Assembly: GCF_000026545.1 (NCBI RefSeq)
Contig: NC_011601.1
Strand: one strand, 5' to 3'
Origin: Escherichia coli O127:H6 str. E2348/69
GTDB lineage: Bacteria > Pseudomonadota > Gammaproteobacteria > Enterobacterales > Enterobacteriaceae
Length of the DNA: 64,000 nt
Below the pieces are notes generated by a model. That model was given only the letters and a program-made list of their open reading frames with translations, did no database searches and was not told the origin of the DNA. This document shows, piece by piece, positions 39,832 through 55,797 of this stretch (the stretch's first letter is position 1; each line of letters starts with the position of its first letter). Position numbers and translations under genes: made by a program.

Positions 39832-41076
39832 ATGACACAGGCAAACCTGAGCGAAACCCTGTTCAAACCCCGCTTTAAACATCCTGAAACCTCGACGCTA
39901 GTCCGCCGCTTTAGTCACGGCGCACAACTGCCTGTGCAGTCGGCTCTTGATGGTAAAACCATCCCTCACTGGTATCGCATGATTAACCGTCTGATGTGGA
40001 TCTGGCGCGGCATTGACCCACGTGAAATCCTCGATGTCCAGGCGCGTATTGTGATGAGCGATGCCGAACGTACCGACGATGATTTATACGATACGGTGAT
40101 TGGCTACCGCGGCGGCAACTGGATTTATGAGTGGGCTACCCAGGCGATGGTGTGGCAACAAAAAGCCTGTGCGGAAGAAGATCCGCAACTCAGCGGTCGA
40201 CACTGGCTGCATGCGGCTACGTTGTACAACATTGCTGCCTATCCTCATCTGAAAGGAGATGACCTGGCCGAGCAAGCGCAGGCTTTGTCAAACCGCGCCT
40301 ATGAAGAGGCCGCTCAGCGTCTGCCGGGCACGATGCGACAGATGGAGTTTACCGTACCCGGCGGTGCGCCCATCACCGGCTTTTTGCATATGCCGAAAGG
40401 TGATGGCCCGTTCCCGACAGTATTAATGTGTGGTGGTCTGGATGCGATGCAGACGGACTATTACAGCCTGTATGAACGTTATTTTGCGCCGCGCGGCATT
40501 GCGATGCTGACTATTGATATGCCGTCGGTGGGCTTTTCTTCAAAATGGAAGCTCACCCAGGACTCCAGCCTGTTGCATCAGCACGTCTTAAAGGCGCTGC
40601 CTAACGTACCGTGGGTAGATCACACTCGCGTCGCGGCCTTTGGTTTCCGTTTCGGCGCTAACGTTGCCGTGCGTCTGGCATACCTTGAATCGCCGCGTCT
40701 GAAAGCGGTTGCCTGTCTTGGTCCGGTAGTTCATACCCTGTTGAGTGATTTTAAGTGCCAGCAACAGGTGCCGGAAATGTATCTTGACGTGCTGGCGAGC
40801 CGTTTGGGGATGCATGATGCTTCCGACGAAGCGTTGCGCGTGGAGCTGAATCGCTATTCATTAAAAGTGCAAGGATTGCTGGGACGTCGCTGCCCAACGC
40901 CAATGTTATCAGGCTACTGGAAGAACGATCCGTTCAGCCCGGAAGAGGACTCACGCTTAATCACCTCATCATCTGCTGACGGTAAATTGTTAGAGATCCC
41001 ATTTAACCCGGTGTATCGGAATTTTGACAAAGGTCTTCAGGAAATCACCGACTGGATCGAAAAACGATTGTGTTAA
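39832..41076 (+). CDS. frsA: Esterase FrsA (fermentation/respiration switch protein)
   Basis: 414-aa ORF; alpha/beta hydrolase. Confidence 0.9.
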   Translation: MTQANLSETLFKPRFKHPETSTLVRRFSHGAQLPVQSALDGKTIPHWYRMINRLMWIWRGIDPREILDVQARIVMSDAERTDDDLYDTVIGYRGGNWIYEWATQAMVWQQKACAEEDPQLSGRHWLHAATLYNIAAYPHLKGDDLAEQAQALSNRAYEEAAQRLPGTMRQMEFTVPGGAPITGFLHMPKGDGPFPTVLMCGGLDAMQTDYYSLYERYFAPRGIAMLTIDMPSVGFSSKWKLTQDSSLLHQHVLKALPNVPWVDHTRVAAFGFRFGANVAVRLAYLESPRLKAVACLGPVVHTLLSDFKCQQQVPEMYLDVLASRLGMHDASDEALRVELNRYSLKVQGLLGRRCPTPMLSGYWKNDPFSPEEDSRLITSSSADGKLLEIPFNPVYRNFDKGLQEITDWIEKRLC

Positions 41077-41535
<459 letters not shown>

Positions 41536-41544
41536 GTGAAATGT

Positions 41545-41565
41545 GCCGGATGCATCACATCCGGC
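41545..41565. terminator. Bidirectional hairpin between convergent crl and phoE
   Basis: GCCGGATG-catca-CATCCGGC perfect inverted repeat. Confidence 0.6.
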
Positions 41566-41573
41566 AATATCCA

Positions 41574-42629
41574 TTAAAACTGATAGGTCATGCCAACCGC
41601 GACAATATCATCATTATTGATGTTCAGCTTATTATCGCTATCCAGTTGGTTTATTTTATAATCAACAAATGCCGACATATTTTTGTTGAAATAATACGTA
41701 GCACCAACATCGATATAATTGACCAGATCTTCATCACCGATTCCTTCAATATCTTTCCCTTTCGATAAGACATAACCCAGCGACGGACGCAGACCAAAGT
41801 CAAACTGGTATTGGGCGACCGCTTCAAAGTTCTGTGTCTTATTGGCAAAGCCGCCAGTTATTGGCGTCATTTTGCGTGTTTCAGAATAGAAAGTTGCCAG
41901 ATAAATATTATTGGCATCGTATTTCAGACCTGTTGCCCATGCTTCTGCACGCTTGCCTGTGCCACGGCTTTGCAGGTTCTGCTCGTTGGTGCGATCAGAG
42001 TTGGTATAGGCTCCACTGATGGCGAAATCGCTGCCACCAAAGTCATATGTCAATGACGTGCCGAAGCCATCACCGTTTTGCTTTTTAACGTCGCGGTTTT
42101 CGTTTTTCCCTTGATATTGCAGGGTTAAGTTCAGGCCATCGATAACGCCGAAGAAGTCGGTGTTCCGATACGTCGCCAGACCGCTGGCGCGTTTGGTCAT
42201 AAAGTTGTCGGTCTGCGCCGAGGAGTCGCCACCAAATTCCGGGAACATATCGGTCCAGGCTTCCACGTCATACAACGCGCCCAGGTTACGACCATAATCG
42301 AAAGAACCCAAATCTTTATATTTCAACCCGGCAAAAGCGAGACGCGTTTTTTGCTGTGCAGTATCACTCTCCGCTTTATTACCGGCAAACTCAGCTTCCC
42401 AACGACCATAACCAGTCAGTTGATCGTTAATTTGTGTTTCGCCTTTAAAACCAAAACGGATATAACTTTGGTCGCCATCTTTACTGTCATTATCACTCAT
42501 ATAATGCATGGCTTTAACTTTGCCATAGACATCCAGTTTATTACCGTCTTTGTTATATATTTCTGCGGCCTGTACGGATACAGATGCCACAATGCCCATC
42601 ACCACTAATGCCAGAGTGCTCTTTTTCAT
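41574..42629 (-). CDS. phoE: Outer-membrane phosphoporin PhoE
   Basis: Porin with C-terminal F; probable start at second Met ([16 protein letters not shown]); Pho box upstream. Confidence 0.9.
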   Translation of the reverse strand: MKKSTLALVVMGIVASVSVQAAEIYNKDGNKLDVYGKVKAMHYMSDNDSKDGDQSYIRFGFKGETQINDQLTGYGRWEAEFAGNKAESDTAQQKTRLAFAGLKYKDLGSFDYGRNLGALYDVEAWTDMFPEFGGDSSAQTDNFMTKRASGLATYRNTDFFGVIDGLNLTLQYQGKNENRDVKKQNGDGFGTSLTYDFGGSDFAISGAYTNSDRTNEQNLQSRGTGKRAEAWATGLKYDANNIYLATFYSETRKMTPITGGFANKTQNFEAVAQYQFDFGLRPSLGYVLSKGKDIEGIGDEDLVNYIDVGATYYFNKNMSAFVDYKINQLDSDNKLNINNDDIVAVGMTYQF

Positions 42630-42701
42630 TTTCATTCCTGATTTTAATTAACGCGCGAATATTCAGCGGGAGAGTCCCGTTGAAAACAGGAAAGTTTTTA
42701 A

Positions 42702-42729
42702 CCTGAGATTGTTAAAGATATATTACAGA
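42702..42729 (-). promoter_or_regulatory. Pho box (PhoB-binding site) of phoE promoter
   Basis: Reverse strand reads CTGTAATATATCTTTAACAATCTCAGG, two direct 7-bp CTGTAAT-like repeats spaced 11 bp. Confidence 0.6.
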
Positions 42730-42917
42730 TTAATAATATTCTTAAAATGTGGTAATTTATTAAATCTGTAATAAAAGCGTAAACAACTGCCGCTACGCTT
42801 GCTGATCCCGCGCAACAAAACGCCATGCTTTGCTTGCAGATGGTTGGCAACCGACGACAGTCCTGCTAAAACGTTCGTTTGATATCATTTTTTCCTAAAA
42901 TTGAATGGCAGAGAATC

Positions 42918-44021
42918 ATGAGTGACAGCCAGACGCTGGTGGTAAAACTCGGCACCAGTGTGCTAACAGGCGGATCGCGCCGCCTGAACCGTGCCCATAT
43001 CGTTGAACTTGTTCGCCAGTGCGCGCAGTTACATGCCGCCGGGCATCGGATTGTTATTGTGACGTCGGGTGCGATTGCCGCCGGACGTGAGCACCTGGGG
43101 TACCCGGAATTGCCAGCGACTATCGCTTCAAAACAGCTGCTGGCGGCGGTAGGGCAGAGTCGACTGATTCAACTGTGGGAACAGCTGTTTTCAATTTACG
43201 GCATTCATGTCGGGCAGATGTTGCTGACCCGTGCTGATATGGAAGATCGTGAACGCTTCCTGAACGCCCGCGATACCCTGCGTGCGTTGCTCGATAACAA
43301 TATCGTTCCGGTAATTAATGAGAACGATGCTGTCGCTACTGCAGAGATTAAGGTCGGTGATAACGATAACCTTTCTGCGCTGGCGGCGATTCTGGCGGGT
43401 GCCGATAAACTGTTGCTGCTGACCGATCAAAAAGGTTTGTATACCGCTGACCCGCGCAGCAATCCGCAGGCAGAACTGATTAAAGATGTGTACGGCATTG
43501 ATGACGCACTGCGCGCGATTGCCGGTGATAGCGTTTCAGGCCTCGGAACTGGCGGCATGAGCACCAAATTGCAGGCCGCTGACGTGGCTTGCCGTGCGGG
43601 TATCGACACCATTATTGCCGCGGGCAGCAAGCCGGGCGTTATTGGTGATGTGATGGAAGGCATTTCCGTCGGTACGCTGTTCCATGCCCAGGCGACTCCG
43701 CTTGAAAACCGTAAACGCTGGATTTTCGGTGCGCCGCCTGCGGGTGAAATCACGGTAGATGAAGGGGCAACTGCCGCCATTCTGGAACGCGGCAGCTCCC
43801 TGTTGCCGAAAGGCATTAAAAGCGTGACTGGCAATTTCTCGCGTGGTGAAGTCATCCGTATTTGCAACCTCGAAGGTCGCGATATCGCCCACGGCGTCAG
43901 TCGTTACAACAGCGATGCATTACGCCGTATTGCCGGACACCACTCGCAAGAAATTGATGCAATACTGGGATATGAATACGGCCCGGTTGCCGTTCACCGT
44001 GATGACATGATTACCCGTTAA
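42918..44021 (+). CDS. proB: Glutamate 5-kinase
   Basis: Start [19 protein letters not shown]; 367 aa with C-terminal PUA domain. Confidence 0.9.
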
Positions 44022-44032
44022 GGAGCTGGCCG

Positions 44033-45286
44033 ATGCTGGAACAAATGGGCATTGCCGCGAAGCAAGCCTCGTATAAATTAGCGCAACTCTCCAGCCGCGA
44101 AAAAAATCGTGTGCTGGAAAAAATCGCCGATGAACTGGAAGCACAAAGCGAAAGCATCCTCAACGCTAACGCACAGGATGTTGCAGACGCGCGTGCCAAT
44201 GGCCTTAGCGAAGCGATGCTTGACCGTCTGGCACTGACGCCCGCACGGCTGAAAGGCATTGCCGACGATGTGCGCCAGGTGTGCAATCTCGCCGATCCGG
44301 TGGGGCAGGTAATCGATGGCGGCGTACTGGACAGTGGCCTGCGTCTGGAGCGCCGTCGCGTGCCGCTGGGGGTGATTGGCGTGATTTATGAAGCGCGCCC
44401 GAACGTGACGGTAGATGTTGCTTCCCTGTGCCTGAAAACCGGTAACGCGGTGATCCTGCGCGGCGGCAAAGAAACCTGTCGCACTAACGCTGCAACGGTA
44501 GCGGTGATTCAGGACGCCCTGAAATCCTGCGGCTTACCGGCGGGTGCCGTGCAGGCAATTGATAATCCTGACCGTGCGCTGGTCAGTGAAATGCTGCGTA
44601 TGGATAAATACATCGACATGCTGATCCCGCGCGGTGGGGCTGGTTTGCATAAACTGTGCCGCGAGCAGTCGACAATTCCGGTGATCACAGGCGGTATAGG
44701 CGTATGCCATATTTACGTTGATGAAAGCGCAGAGATCGCTGAAGCCCTGAAAGTAATTGTCAACGCGAAAACTCAGCGTCCGAGCACGTGTAATACGGTA
44801 GAAACGTTGCTGGTGAATAAAAACATCGCCGATAGCTTCCTGCCCGCATTAAGCAAGCAAATGGCGGAAAGCAGCGTGACATTACACGCAGATGTAGCTG
44901 CGCTGGCGCAGTTGCAGGCAGGCCCCGCGAAGGTGGTGGCTGTTAAAGCCGAAGAGTATGACGATGAGTTTCTGTCATTAGATTTGAACGTTAAAATCGT
45001 CAGCGATCTTGACGATGCCATCGCCCATATTCGTGAACACGGCACACAACACTCCGATGCGATCCTGACCCGCGATATGCGCAACGCCCAGCGTTTTGTT
45101 AACGAAGTGGATTCGTCCGCTGTTTACGTTAACGCCTCTACGCGTTTTACCGATGGCGGCCAGTTTGGTCTGGGAGCGGAAGTGGCGGTAAGCACACAAA
45201 AACTTCACGCGCGTGGCCCGATGGGGCTGGAAGCACTGACCACTTACAAGTGGATCGGCATTGGTGATTACACCATTCGTGCGTAA
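44033..45286 (+). CDS. proA: Gamma-glutamyl phosphate reductase
   Basis: 417-aa ORF starting [13 protein letters not shown]; aldehyde dehydrogenase family. Confidence 0.9.
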   Translation: MLEQMGIAAKQASYKLAQLSSREKNRVLEKIADELEAQSESILNANAQDVADARANGLSEAMLDRLALTPARLKGIADDVRQVCNLADPVGQVIDGGVLDSGLRLERRRVPLGVIGVIYEARPNVTVDVASLCLKTGNAVILRGGKETCRTNAATVAVIQDALKSCGLPAGAVQAIDNPDRALVSEMLRMDKYIDMLIPRGGAGLHKLCREQSTIPVITGGIGVCHIYVDESAEIAEALKVIVNAKTQRPSTCNTVETLLVNKNIADSFLPALSKQMAESSVTLHADVAALAQLQAGPAKVVAVKAEEYDDEFLSLDLNVKIVSDLDDAIAHIREHGTQHSDAILTRDMRNAQRFVNEVDSSAVYVNASTRFTDGGQFGLGAEVAVSTQKLHARGPMGLEALTTYKWIGIGDYTIRA

Positions 45287-45400
45287 ATAAAACCGGGTGA
45301 TGCAAAAGTAGCCATTTGATTCACAAGGCCATTGACGCATCGCCCGGTTAGTTTTAACCTTGTCCACCGTGATTCACGTTCGTGAACATGTCCTTTCAGG

Positions 45401-45476
45401 GCCGATATAGCTCAGTTGGTAGAGCAGCGCATTCGTAATGCGAAGGTCGTAGGTTCGACTCCTATTATCGGCACCA
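45401..45476 (+). tRNA. thrW: tRNA-Thr (CGT anticodon)
   Basis: GCCGATATAGCTCAGTTGGTAGAGCAGCGCATTCGTAATGCGAAGGTCGTAGGTTCGACTCCTATTATCGGCACCA. Confidence 0.9.
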
Positions 45477-45490
45477 TTTAAATCAATAAA

Positions 45491-46000
45491 TTACCTCACA
45501 TTTAAGTAAACCACGTTCACCTCTTGTGCCGTATTTGTGCCATTGCGACTTATAATCGCATCGATTTTGCTCGCGTGCTCGGTGAGATGCCCGGCTGAAA
45601 GGTGGGCGTATCTTTGAACCATTTCGAGAGTTTCCCATCCTCCCATCTCTTTAAGTGCAAGAAGAGAGACACCGGACTGAACCAGCCAGCTTGCCCAGGT
45701 ATGCCTCAGGTCATGGAAGCGGAAGTTGCTAATGCCTGCCCGCTTTAACGCTCCCTTCCATGCCTTGTTGCTGTCGGTTCTCATCTTCCTTACCGCTGCT
45801 GTTTTTGTTCCGTCGCTTCGGTAGGCAGGTCTGGTGTGGACAAATACCCATCTCTTATGGAGCCCCTGCTGTTTTCTTAATATCTGGCATGCGGTTTCGT
45901 TAAGAGGAACTCCGATCGCATTGCCAGCTTTTGTTTCATCAGGGTGCATCCATGCCATTTTCTTATCCAGATCGACCTGTGACCACTCAAGGTCTGTAAC
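45491..46000 (-). pseudogene. Tyrosine-recombinase (phage-type integrase) C-terminal fragment, truncated by IS insertion
   Basis: Catalytic-domain motifs [16 protein letters not shown] and [10 protein letters not shown]; only about 165 C-terminal codons remain; 5' part cut at IS end near 46001. Confidence 0.75.
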
Positions 46001-46072
46001 TGTAGTGGCACACTGAATTTGGCCACCTGAACAGAGGTGATATGCTCACCTCAGAACAACACAGGTGCTCCA

Positions 46073-46494
<422 letters not shown>

Positions 46495-46523
46495 TTACGC
46501 AGTCAGGTACTTGAGTTGCATAA

Positions 46524-48624
<2,101 letters not shown>

Positions 48625-48734
48625 TGTTTGAAGATTGTTGTGCCGTATTTGTGACATACACATGACAACATCATGCATCAACTTTCTGTTTGTGCCATCA
48701 ACTATAGCTTAGTGAATGCGGTTAATGCTTGCTA

Positions 48735-48808
48735 AAACAGATAGTTATGATTGGTGCTACAGATTCGTAATGCGAAGGTCGGAGGTTCGACTCCTATTAT
48801 CGGCACCA
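48735..48808 (+). repeat. Degenerate duplicate of thrW 3' portion (ptwF-like pseudo-tRNA / island attachment-site repeat)
   Basis: 48763-48808 matches thrW 3' 46 nt with one mismatch; following ttaaatcaataagttac also resembles sequence after thrW. Confidence 0.6.
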
Positions 48809-48899
48809 CTTAAATCAATAAGTTACACATCATTAATACCTTCCTTATTTTTTGATTGGGACAGATTTGGGACCGATGGGTTCAGGATCGAATCTATTT

Positions 48900-49017
48900 A
48901 CCGTGCGTGTTCGGTAAGGTGATTAGGTGCGAGGTGAGCATATCGACGAACCATTTCGAGAGTTTCCCATCCGCTCATTTTTAAGTGCAAGCAGGGAAAC
49001 ACCGGACTAAACCTATC
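48900..49017 (-). pseudogene. Second short integrase-gene fragment
   Basis: About 115 bp similar to 45575-45690 inside the integrase remnant (shared gaaccatttcgagagtttcccatcc...ttaagtgcaag...caccggact). Confidence 0.45.
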
Positions 49018-49194
49018 AGCTGTTCGAAAATGGCAAGCGGATTAATATGCCATGGCGGCTTTGAGCCGCACGCATGGGGTGTGGCAAGCCTGATGGATGT
49101 TGCTGTGCTTGTGGTGGCGTGTTTGCTGGTCTGGTTGTTGGTTAATCGCGAAAATCATTATGCCTGAGGAATACCACAGGACGTTCAGGTTTTG

Positions 49195-49224
49195 CATAAA
49201 AAAGCCCACCATTAAGGTGGGCAA
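49195..49224 (-). terminator. Candidate rho-independent terminator (minus strand) upstream of yagU
   Basis: GCCCACC-attaa-GGTGGGC stem with A-run on plus strand (U-tract on minus). Confidence 0.4.
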
Positions 49225-49429
49225 AAGGAATGATTTATATTCTCTGAGAGAGACATTACATTTCTCCTTGCCACTTCTAACATAAAAATATGGAGAAATA
49301 ATGGAGCTTATATTAATTGGCGATTAGGTAATCATGTGGTTATACAAAACAATACAGTTCTTTACATTTGCCTTGTTTTATGAATACTCCTAAAGAGGTG
49401 TATAACATAATGGTACAAGCAGGGTAGAT

Positions 49430-50044
49430 ATGAATATATTTGAACAAACTCCACCAAACCGCAGACGTTATGGTCTTGCTGCATTCATTGGGCTGATTGC
49501 TGGCGTTGTTTCCGCATTTGTGAAGTGGGGGGCTGAAGTTCCATTGCCGCCACGTAGCCCGGTGGATATGTTTAATGCAGCGTGTGGCCCGGAATCATTA
49601 ATCAGGGCTGCTGGGCAAATTGATTGCTCCCGTAATTTTCTCAATCCTCCGTATATTTTTCTTCGAGACTGGTTGGGGCTGACAGATCCCAATGCGGCTG
49701 TTTATACCTTTGCCGGGCATGTCTTTAACTGGGTTGGTGTTACGCACATTATCTTTTCGATAGTGTTTGCTGTCGGTTATTGTGTGGTCGCTGAAGTATT
49801 TCCAAAAATTAAACTCTGGCAGGGCTTACTGGCAGGTGCTTTAGCCCAACTTTTTGTTCATATGATTTCATTCCCTCTCATGGGACTGACGCCACCTCTG
49901 TTTGATCTCCCGTGGTATGAGAATGTCTCTGAAATTTTTGGACATTTAGTCTGGTTCTGGTCTATTGAAATTATTCGCAGAGATTTACGAAACAGAATTA
50001 CCCATGAGCCAGACCCTGAGATCCCTTTAGGCTCAAATAGATAA
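49430..50044 (+). CDS. yagU: Inner-membrane protein YagU (DUF1440)
   Basis: 204-aa ORF starting [30 protein letters not shown]; multiple TM segments. Confidence 0.85.
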
Positions 50045-50056
50045 TGCTTTGAATGA

Positions 50057-50087
50057 TAAAAATGGCGCAAATATAGCGCCATTTTTA
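50057..50087 (+). terminator. Rho-independent terminator after yagU
   Basis: AATGGCGC-aaatata-GCGCCATT hairpin followed by TTTTT. Confidence 0.65.
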
Positions 50088-50292
50088 TAGGTTAAAAACG
50101 TTGCTTTTCATATTCTGATGCGGACAGTAAGTGATCATATCGCGCTACTTCAGGATGATGTAGGTCCGGAGAACGCTACAGAAGAAGAGGCATTGTTGCT
50201 GGAAAATGGAAGAAGTTTCAGGTTTTGTTGTCCCTGAAAAACGAAGCCCCGCTATTACAGCTGGCGGGGCAATGCAATTAATTATTGTATAT

Positions 50293-50622
50293 TTATAACG
50301 GTGTTAGCCCGTATTTAGCTCTTGCACGATTGCAAGCCTCATTGACTTCTCCGTTCTCACCAGACATGGCGAATTCTCTGCATGTGGACGATCGATTTTT
50401 ATATATCGTGCAGCAGGCATTTTTGCCCGGTGTTCCTGCAAGGGCAATACATCGGGGATTTTTCTGATTAGTACCGCTCATGCATCGGTGAAAAGGGGAT
50501 ATTTGTTCAGTAAGCCTGGCGGGAATGGTACCGCCAGCATCGTCGGCTTCGGCCCAGTAAAAAGAGACGCGGAAAAATGCACAACAGGCACCACACGTCA
50601 TGCATGGATTCAGATTGCTCAT
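50293..50622 (-). CDS. ykgJ: Cys-rich zinc/iron-chelating domain protein YkgJ
   Basis: 109-aa ORF with [10 protein letters not shown] and C-terminal Cys cluster. Confidence 0.8.
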   Translation of the reverse strand: MSNLNPCMTCGACCAFFRVSFYWAEADDAGGTIPARLTEQISPFHRCMSGTNQKNPRCIALAGTPGKNACCTIYKNRSSTCREFAMSGENGEVNEACNRARAKYGLTPL

Positions 50623-50934
50623 AATTCACCAGTACAGCTATAAATCGTAAAGAGAACTGCGGTACGTCGTATGCAGGGACGTATCGCGGTTGGCTGGTGT
50701 ACTTTCGATAGTGTGAGTATTGAATGATTTCCAGCCGTTACCGATTTTACGTCCTAATTAGTGAAGAAACCACTCGTTAGCAGGCCGCCTGGTACCTTTC
50801 CGTGTCTCCTGAACACTGTGGTGTGCATATGAGAAAGCTCATCGTTACAGGTGACATTGACGATCGCTTCCACATCATTTAATCGATTTTTGAGTCTCTG
50901 AGGTGGAATTCTTCCCTCGTCCGATGGATAAGTC

Positions 50935-51645
50935 TTAGTCCGCCGAAGGGGGCTTAGCCGGACAGGAATCGCTAATCTTAATGAATTTGTCGTTATAGAC
51001 CAGATAGTGATTCCCCGGCTGACGTAACTCAGGCTGATGAACCACGTCTCCCGGACGTAGATACCAGGCATCGCCTTCCTCTTCGGTCGAATCACATCCT
51101 GGTTTAATCAGTAGCTTAAACCACGTGTTGCCGGTGTTACTTACCGTTCCGGTCACCTGATCGAAGGACCATTTAAACTGAACCTGACGTGGTCGTACTA
51201 CCAGAATGGTATCCATCACCACCACCGGCTCCGTGCTGACCTCACCGCCGGTTGGGCTGCGTTTTGTCAGGTTACGAGTGGGGACCTCGCGAAATGAGAC
51301 CCGGTAGTAGCGCTCGCGGTTATCCCGTGGACCATGATAGTAAAATTTAAAATACTCGCTCTCACCAGCCTGCAACGCCAGCTGGCGGGGGGCGAAAAGT
51401 AGTTCACCATCCACCGGTCGGGTGCGCAATTCACTGCTGCCCGGGCTATCAATAGCACTGATGGCAATACGGTATATCCGCGCGCTTTTGTTGTTATTCA
51501 CGACACGTTTGCTGACAAAGTCAGTCTCGGACGGCAGTGAAAAAGTCAGATTGCCGACCGAAATCGCCTGTGTCAAAGGTGCCGCCAGCATACAGACCAC
51601 TGTCAGCAGGGCCTTAGTTAATGTTACGCCACGTCGCCTGAACAT
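50935..51645 (-). CDS. ecpE: E. coli common pilus chaperone-like protein EcpE
   Basis: Probable start [27 protein letters not shown] (signal peptide); last gene of ecp operon. Confidence 0.8.
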   Translation of the reverse strand: MFRRRGVTLTKALLTVVCMLAAPLTQAISVGNLTFSLPSETDFVSKRVVNNNKSARIYRIAISAIDSPGSSELRTRPVDGELLFAPRQLALQAGESEYFKFYYHGPRDNRERYYRVSFREVPTRNLTKRSPTGGEVSTEPVVVMDTILVVRPRQVQFKWSFDQVTGTVSNTGNTWFKLLIKPGCDSTEEEGDAWYLRPGDVVHQPELRQPGNHYLVYNDKFIKISDSCPAKPPSAD

Positions 51646-53257
51646 GAATCTCTCCTGAAGCGCTGACTTCGCCAAACCAGCCGTTATCATCTACCGTACG
51701 CAGAGAAATGGCGTTATCCATTGGAATCGAAAATTTGACTGTGGTCTTATCCATCTGCCCCACTTCGCCAGAGATATCAGTCCACGGTGTGGTCAACCAC
51801 AGCGCATCGGTCATATCCCGCCAGCTATCATCGCACCCGGCATCGTAGGTTTTTGTAGCTCCGTTGCGGGTAATAAAGGAAAGCGTCGCCGGGAACGGTA
51901 CTTTCGCCTTACCGTCATCGGAGCTGAAGACACAATAGGAGCGCCCGCCAATCACCTGCGCGGGTCCGGTCACCTTGATCAGCACTTCGTCGGCAGCTGT
52001 TTTACCGCTGGTGGTTACGATATAGCCGAAATCGAGTGCCGACTCGCCGCTGGCGACATATCCCTCCCGCGACGGTGTCTGAGTATATTCATCGGAGATA
52101 ATACTGATGCTGAAATCACGGGGTTTGATAATCAGCGTGTTGGAGGTAGAAAATTCATACCAGCCAGACTCCGGTGATGTGGTGTTCTGAAAGCGAAAGT
52201 TGAATAGATCTTTGGTGTTGATATCGCTGATCCCGAGGTTCACCATCTGTTTAAAGAAGTTGCTCGAGAAGAAAACATAGATCGAGTCTGCGCTCTTCAT
52301 CTCGTTGAAGGTGTAGTAATAGGCAGTATTGCTCACAGGTTTCCATGAACTGCCATTCAGACTGAACTGCATATCGTACGCCCCGACGGCCGAGGCTAAC
52401 GACGAGTTGGCGATCGCCGGGAATATATGGATTGAGGTGTTGCTGAGTCCGTTCGTTTGCAGGGTATAGTTAACCATCTTACAACTTAATCCTGAACGGC
52501 TGCCGATGGTTTGCGTCCGGCAGTCGGCATTCCCTTCGCCCAGAGTCGGTACTCCGTCGCTGTTGATAAATACTTCCGCCAGCGAGTGGGTATTTATCAA
52601 CCGCAGATTTGCTGCTTTCGTATGGGTGACGTTGCGAACATACCAGTTGCCGGAGGCCTGATCCTTACAGCGTGCGCCGCTGCTGGCATCATAGTTCACA
52701 GAGGTCTGGCAGGCATTGATGGTCATTGTAAAGCTGCTGCCGACGGGCATTTGTTGCAGATACTGGTAAAATGCGTCTGACAACATGCCGTGCATCCACT
52801 TCGCGCCGCCGCTGGTCACCGTCGCGCCATAAAATCCACTGGCGTCGGTGGTTTGCGGCAGGATAAGACTGGTGGTCATATTACACCCAGCGTACCAGTT
52901 GATGCAGCGCAAGCCAGTTAAAGGAGATGAAACTGGTGAATTTTCCAGCCACATATCAAACTTCCAGTTGGTATAAAGGCCGGTGTTGTAACCGTTATCA
53001 ATGTAGCCGAGGCTTTGCTGATAGATGGTTCCTGAACCATTGTATTTTAAACCGGTCCAGCGGTTGGCACCGGTCAGGCGCGGATCCAGCGCCCCGCCAG
53101 GAGTGACGAAAAAGTTGTCGTCTGAGTTGTTTTCGACAAACACAAACTCGCGTGCCGGTGCATCCGCCCAGGTTGTTTTGCTCACAGCCGCTCTGAGCGC
53201 GGTTGCAGGCCAGATTAGCGCAAAGATTATCATCGCTATCAGTAGGTTAACTCTCAT
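51614..53257 (-). CDS. ecpD: E. coli common pilus tip adhesin EcpD
   Basis: 547-aa ORF with signal peptide [23 protein letters not shown]; operon position. Confidence 0.85.
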   Translation of the reverse strand: MRVNLLIAMIIFALIWPATALRAAVSKTTWADAPAREFVFVENNSDDNFFVTPGGALDPRLTGANRWTGLKYNGSGTIYQQSLGYIDNGYNTGLYTNWKFDMWLENSPVSSPLTGLRCINWYAGCNMTTSLILPQTTDASGFYGATVTSGGAKWMHGMLSDAFYQYLQQMPVGSSFTMTINACQTSVNYDASSGARCKDQASGNWYVRNVTHTKAANLRLINTHSLAEVFINSDGVPTLGEGNADCRTQTIGSRSGLSCKMVNYTLQTNGLSNTSIHIFPAIANSSLASAVGAYDMQFSLNGSSWKPVSNTAYYYTFNEMKSADSIYVFFSSNFFKQMVNLGISDINTKDLFNFRFQNTTSPESGWYEFSTSNTLIIKPRDFSISIISDEYTQTPSREGYVASGESALDFGYIVTTSGKTAADEVLIKVTGPAQVIGGRSYCVFSSDDGKAKVPFPATLSFITRNGATKTYDAGCDDSWRDMTDALWLTTPWTDISGEVGQMDKTTVKFSIPMDNAISLRTVDDNGWFGEVSASGEIHVQATWRNIN

Positions 53258-55772
53258 TCTCTTCTCCTGTCTGCGTCACCGCCGCCCACGATGAGAGGCC
53301 GCTGCAGACCACATCACCGACCCAGACGGCACCGCGCGCCTGGTTGAGTTCCAGTGCCACTTCGCAGGTTTTATTGCCACTGTAGCGAAAATCGATAGTG
53401 GGGTATTTCTTATCCACGTCCATGACAAACTCGCCGTTTTCATCGGTTCGGGTTCGGCCGATATGGTTGTTAATCCGTGCGTTAGCCAGCAGTGTGCCGT
53501 CTTCCGCACGGATACGACCGGAGACGGTAACCATCTGCTTCACCTCTGGCTCAATGACAGCGACATTGCCTGGATAGAGAGTCAGATGACTTTTGCGACC
53601 GCTGACGATATCGTAACTGTCGAGTGAGTTTTTGCTGTTCTGTAACTCCACCTCATATCTTCCATAGGGAGAGAGCGGGAGATAGTTACGCTTGCCGTTA
53701 AGCGGGAAAATCCGCCCGTTGATTTTGGCGCTGATCTGACCATCGTTCTCCAGGCCAGTGTCGAATATCACCCCAGCGTTGCCATCGGTCCGCCCGCTGG
53801 CAGCGATGTTTTTACCCTGCCAGCCGACGCTGCCGTTGGCGGTCAAATTGGTATTGATGTAGCCGTCCGCCGCGCTATTGACGTTCAGCGTTCCGCTGGC
53901 GTAACGAGCGTCGAACTGTGCATACGCCCCACCGCTGAGGGTTTTGTCATCACCGGTATCGCCGGAGATGGCTCGTGACAGATTGGCACCAACAGTGCGA
54001 ATGGTTCCTTCATCAAACTGTTTGCGTGCTGACAGGTTTGCCATGGTGTAGCCGTTTTGATGGGTCATCCCTGCGCTAAACCAGTTGCCCAGTGGTAGCG
54101 AGAGATCGAGAGCGATATATTTCCCTGTATTGGCGCTGCTGTCGCCGTTGTTATAGCGCTGAATACCGGCCCGCAGGCCAAGCGAACCAAAGGTACCGCT
54201 GTAGACACTCTGATAGTAATCTGCCGTGTAATAATGGCTGTTGTAGCGGCGGTCATCATTGTAGCTGATGCTGAACGTACCCAGCTTCGACCACAGTGAG
54301 TTCAGGTTGAGTGTGCCGCCGATTGCACGGTTGTCGGCATCGCTACGTCGCAATTGATTGCCAATGCGGGTTTTTTCCTGGTTAACCCACAGCGAACTGA
54401 AGCCTCCAGGTAGAGTGGCGCTGATGCTGGCGATGTTGCTCCATGAGCTGTCACTGGCCAGCATGTTTTGCAGGTTAACGTTGATCGCCACCCCAAGCGG
54501 CAGCGTCAGACGGGTTTCACCCACCGCCTGATTATCGTATCCATATCCTGTTGCCGCCCAGCTAAACGTACTCAGTGAGCCGGAGGTCGAGGCACCTGCC
54601 AGCCAACTCTCTTTGGCTGGTCGCGTCTTTTTCCCGTTTTCCGACCAGCGATCCATATGAAAGCTACCGCCCCATATCTGCCACGCCAGCGGTGCACCGA
54701 CGCCACGCCCCCGGCTAAACAGCTTATTGACCCGCTGGGTGCGTTTGCTGATCACGCGACCGTTAACGATTACCTCAACTTCCACATCGTAAATACCGTA
54801 CGGTAGACCCCGGGTATCCACTTCATGATTGCCCATGGTGAAGTTCTGAACGCTTAGTAGTCGCCCATCACGGGTGAGATGTACTTCGCCCGCTGCCGGT
54901 AAAAAGGCGATCACTGGCGTGGCCGACTGGCTGCTGTCGAAGATGGTGGAGCTGGCCTGGTTTCCCCAGGAAAGGCCGTAAATCTTCCCTGCTGAAATGG
55001 CGGTCATCGGCCCTAAGGACTGCAAGTTCCAGGTGTCGAGCATTCCACCGGCAAATCGGTGACCAGCAAAATCGCGTTCATACATCGCTTTATATAATTC
55101 ACTGTCCTGTTGACCGCTACCAATCCCGTACAGTGAGCCGTCGAGCACCACGTGATGTTCGCGCAGCGCAGTAACGTTATTCAGCGACAGATAGCTGGAG
55201 GTGTTGCTCCCGCCGTTACGCAACTGGTTGTTATAGACACCGAAGTTATAGCTCAGATTACTGCTGAGGGTATTAACACTGGACTGCCCGATGTCTTCGC
55301 TACGTGAGCGTAGTACGGTGCCCAGCGCTTCGCGCTTGACCACCAGCTGCAGCAGCAGTTGGCGCAAGCTGAGATCCAACTGCGCGTTGTCAGTCAGGGG
55401 GATGGTAAGGGCCTCATTGAACGGGGCGTTGGCCAGAGTCATCAGTTGCTGTCGAGTTTGTTCGCTGACACTGGCGTTATCTTCACTCTCTTCCAGCTGT
55501 ATTTTCCGGATGCGTAACTGTCCATCATCCAACCAGATAAAAGCGCTGCCGATTCGCTGATCGTCCTGGCGACCCTGGCTACCGGCGAGATGAATATAGA
55601 GCGGGACGCTCATGCCGTCCTGAAGCGCCTGACTGAAGGCCTGCGGAATAATCACCCCACCTATTTGCTGCGCACTTATGTCAGCAGCGCTGGCATCGGG
55701 CTGAACGAACAAAAAGACCATGCCGAAGGCAAACTGGGCTTTCAGTCCTGGGGAGAACCGTCGTAAAGGCAT
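53247..55772 (-). CDS. ecpC: E. coli common pilus outer-membrane usher EcpC
   Basis: 841-aa ORF, usher-sized beta-barrel protein with signal peptide. Confidence 0.9.
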   Translation of the reverse strand: MPLRRFSPGLKAQFAFGMVFLFVQPDASAADISAQQIGGVIIPQAFSQALQDGMSVPLYIHLAGSQGRQDDQRIGSAFIWLDDGQLRIRKIQLEESEDNASVSEQTRQQLMTLANAPFNEALTIPLTDNAQLDLSLRQLLLQLVVKREALGTVLRSRSEDIGQSSVNTLSSNLSYNFGVYNNQLRNGGSNTSSYLSLNNVTALREHHVVLDGSLYGIGSGQQDSELYKAMYERDFAGHRFAGGMLDTWNLQSLGPMTAISAGKIYGLSWGNQASSTIFDSSQSATPVIAFLPAAGEVHLTRDGRLLSVQNFTMGNHEVDTRGLPYGIYDVEVEVIVNGRVISKRTQRVNKLFSRGRGVGAPLAWQIWGGSFHMDRWSENGKKTRPAKESWLAGASTSGSLSTFSWAATGYGYDNQAVGETRLTLPLGVAINVNLQNMLASDSSWSNIASISATLPGGFSSLWVNQEKTRIGNQLRRSDADNRAIGGTLNLNSLWSKLGTFSISYNDDRRYNSHYYTADYYQSVYSGTFGSLGLRAGIQRYNNGDSSANTGKYIALDLSLPLGNWFSAGMTHQNGYTMANLSARKQFDEGTIRTVGANLSRAISGDTGDDKTLSGGAYAQFDARYASGTLNVNSAADGYINTNLTANGSVGWQGKNIAASGRTDGNAGVIFDTGLENDGQISAKINGRIFPLNGKRNYLPLSPYGRYEVELQNSKNSLDSYDIVSGRKSHLTLYPGNVAVIEPEVKQMVTVSGRIRAEDGTLLANARINNHIGRTRTDENGEFVMDVDKKYPTIDFRYSGNKTCEVALELNQARGAVWVGDVVCSGLSSWAAVTQTGEENES

Positions 55773-55797
55773 TGTCGTTATCCATCTGCACAGCTAT

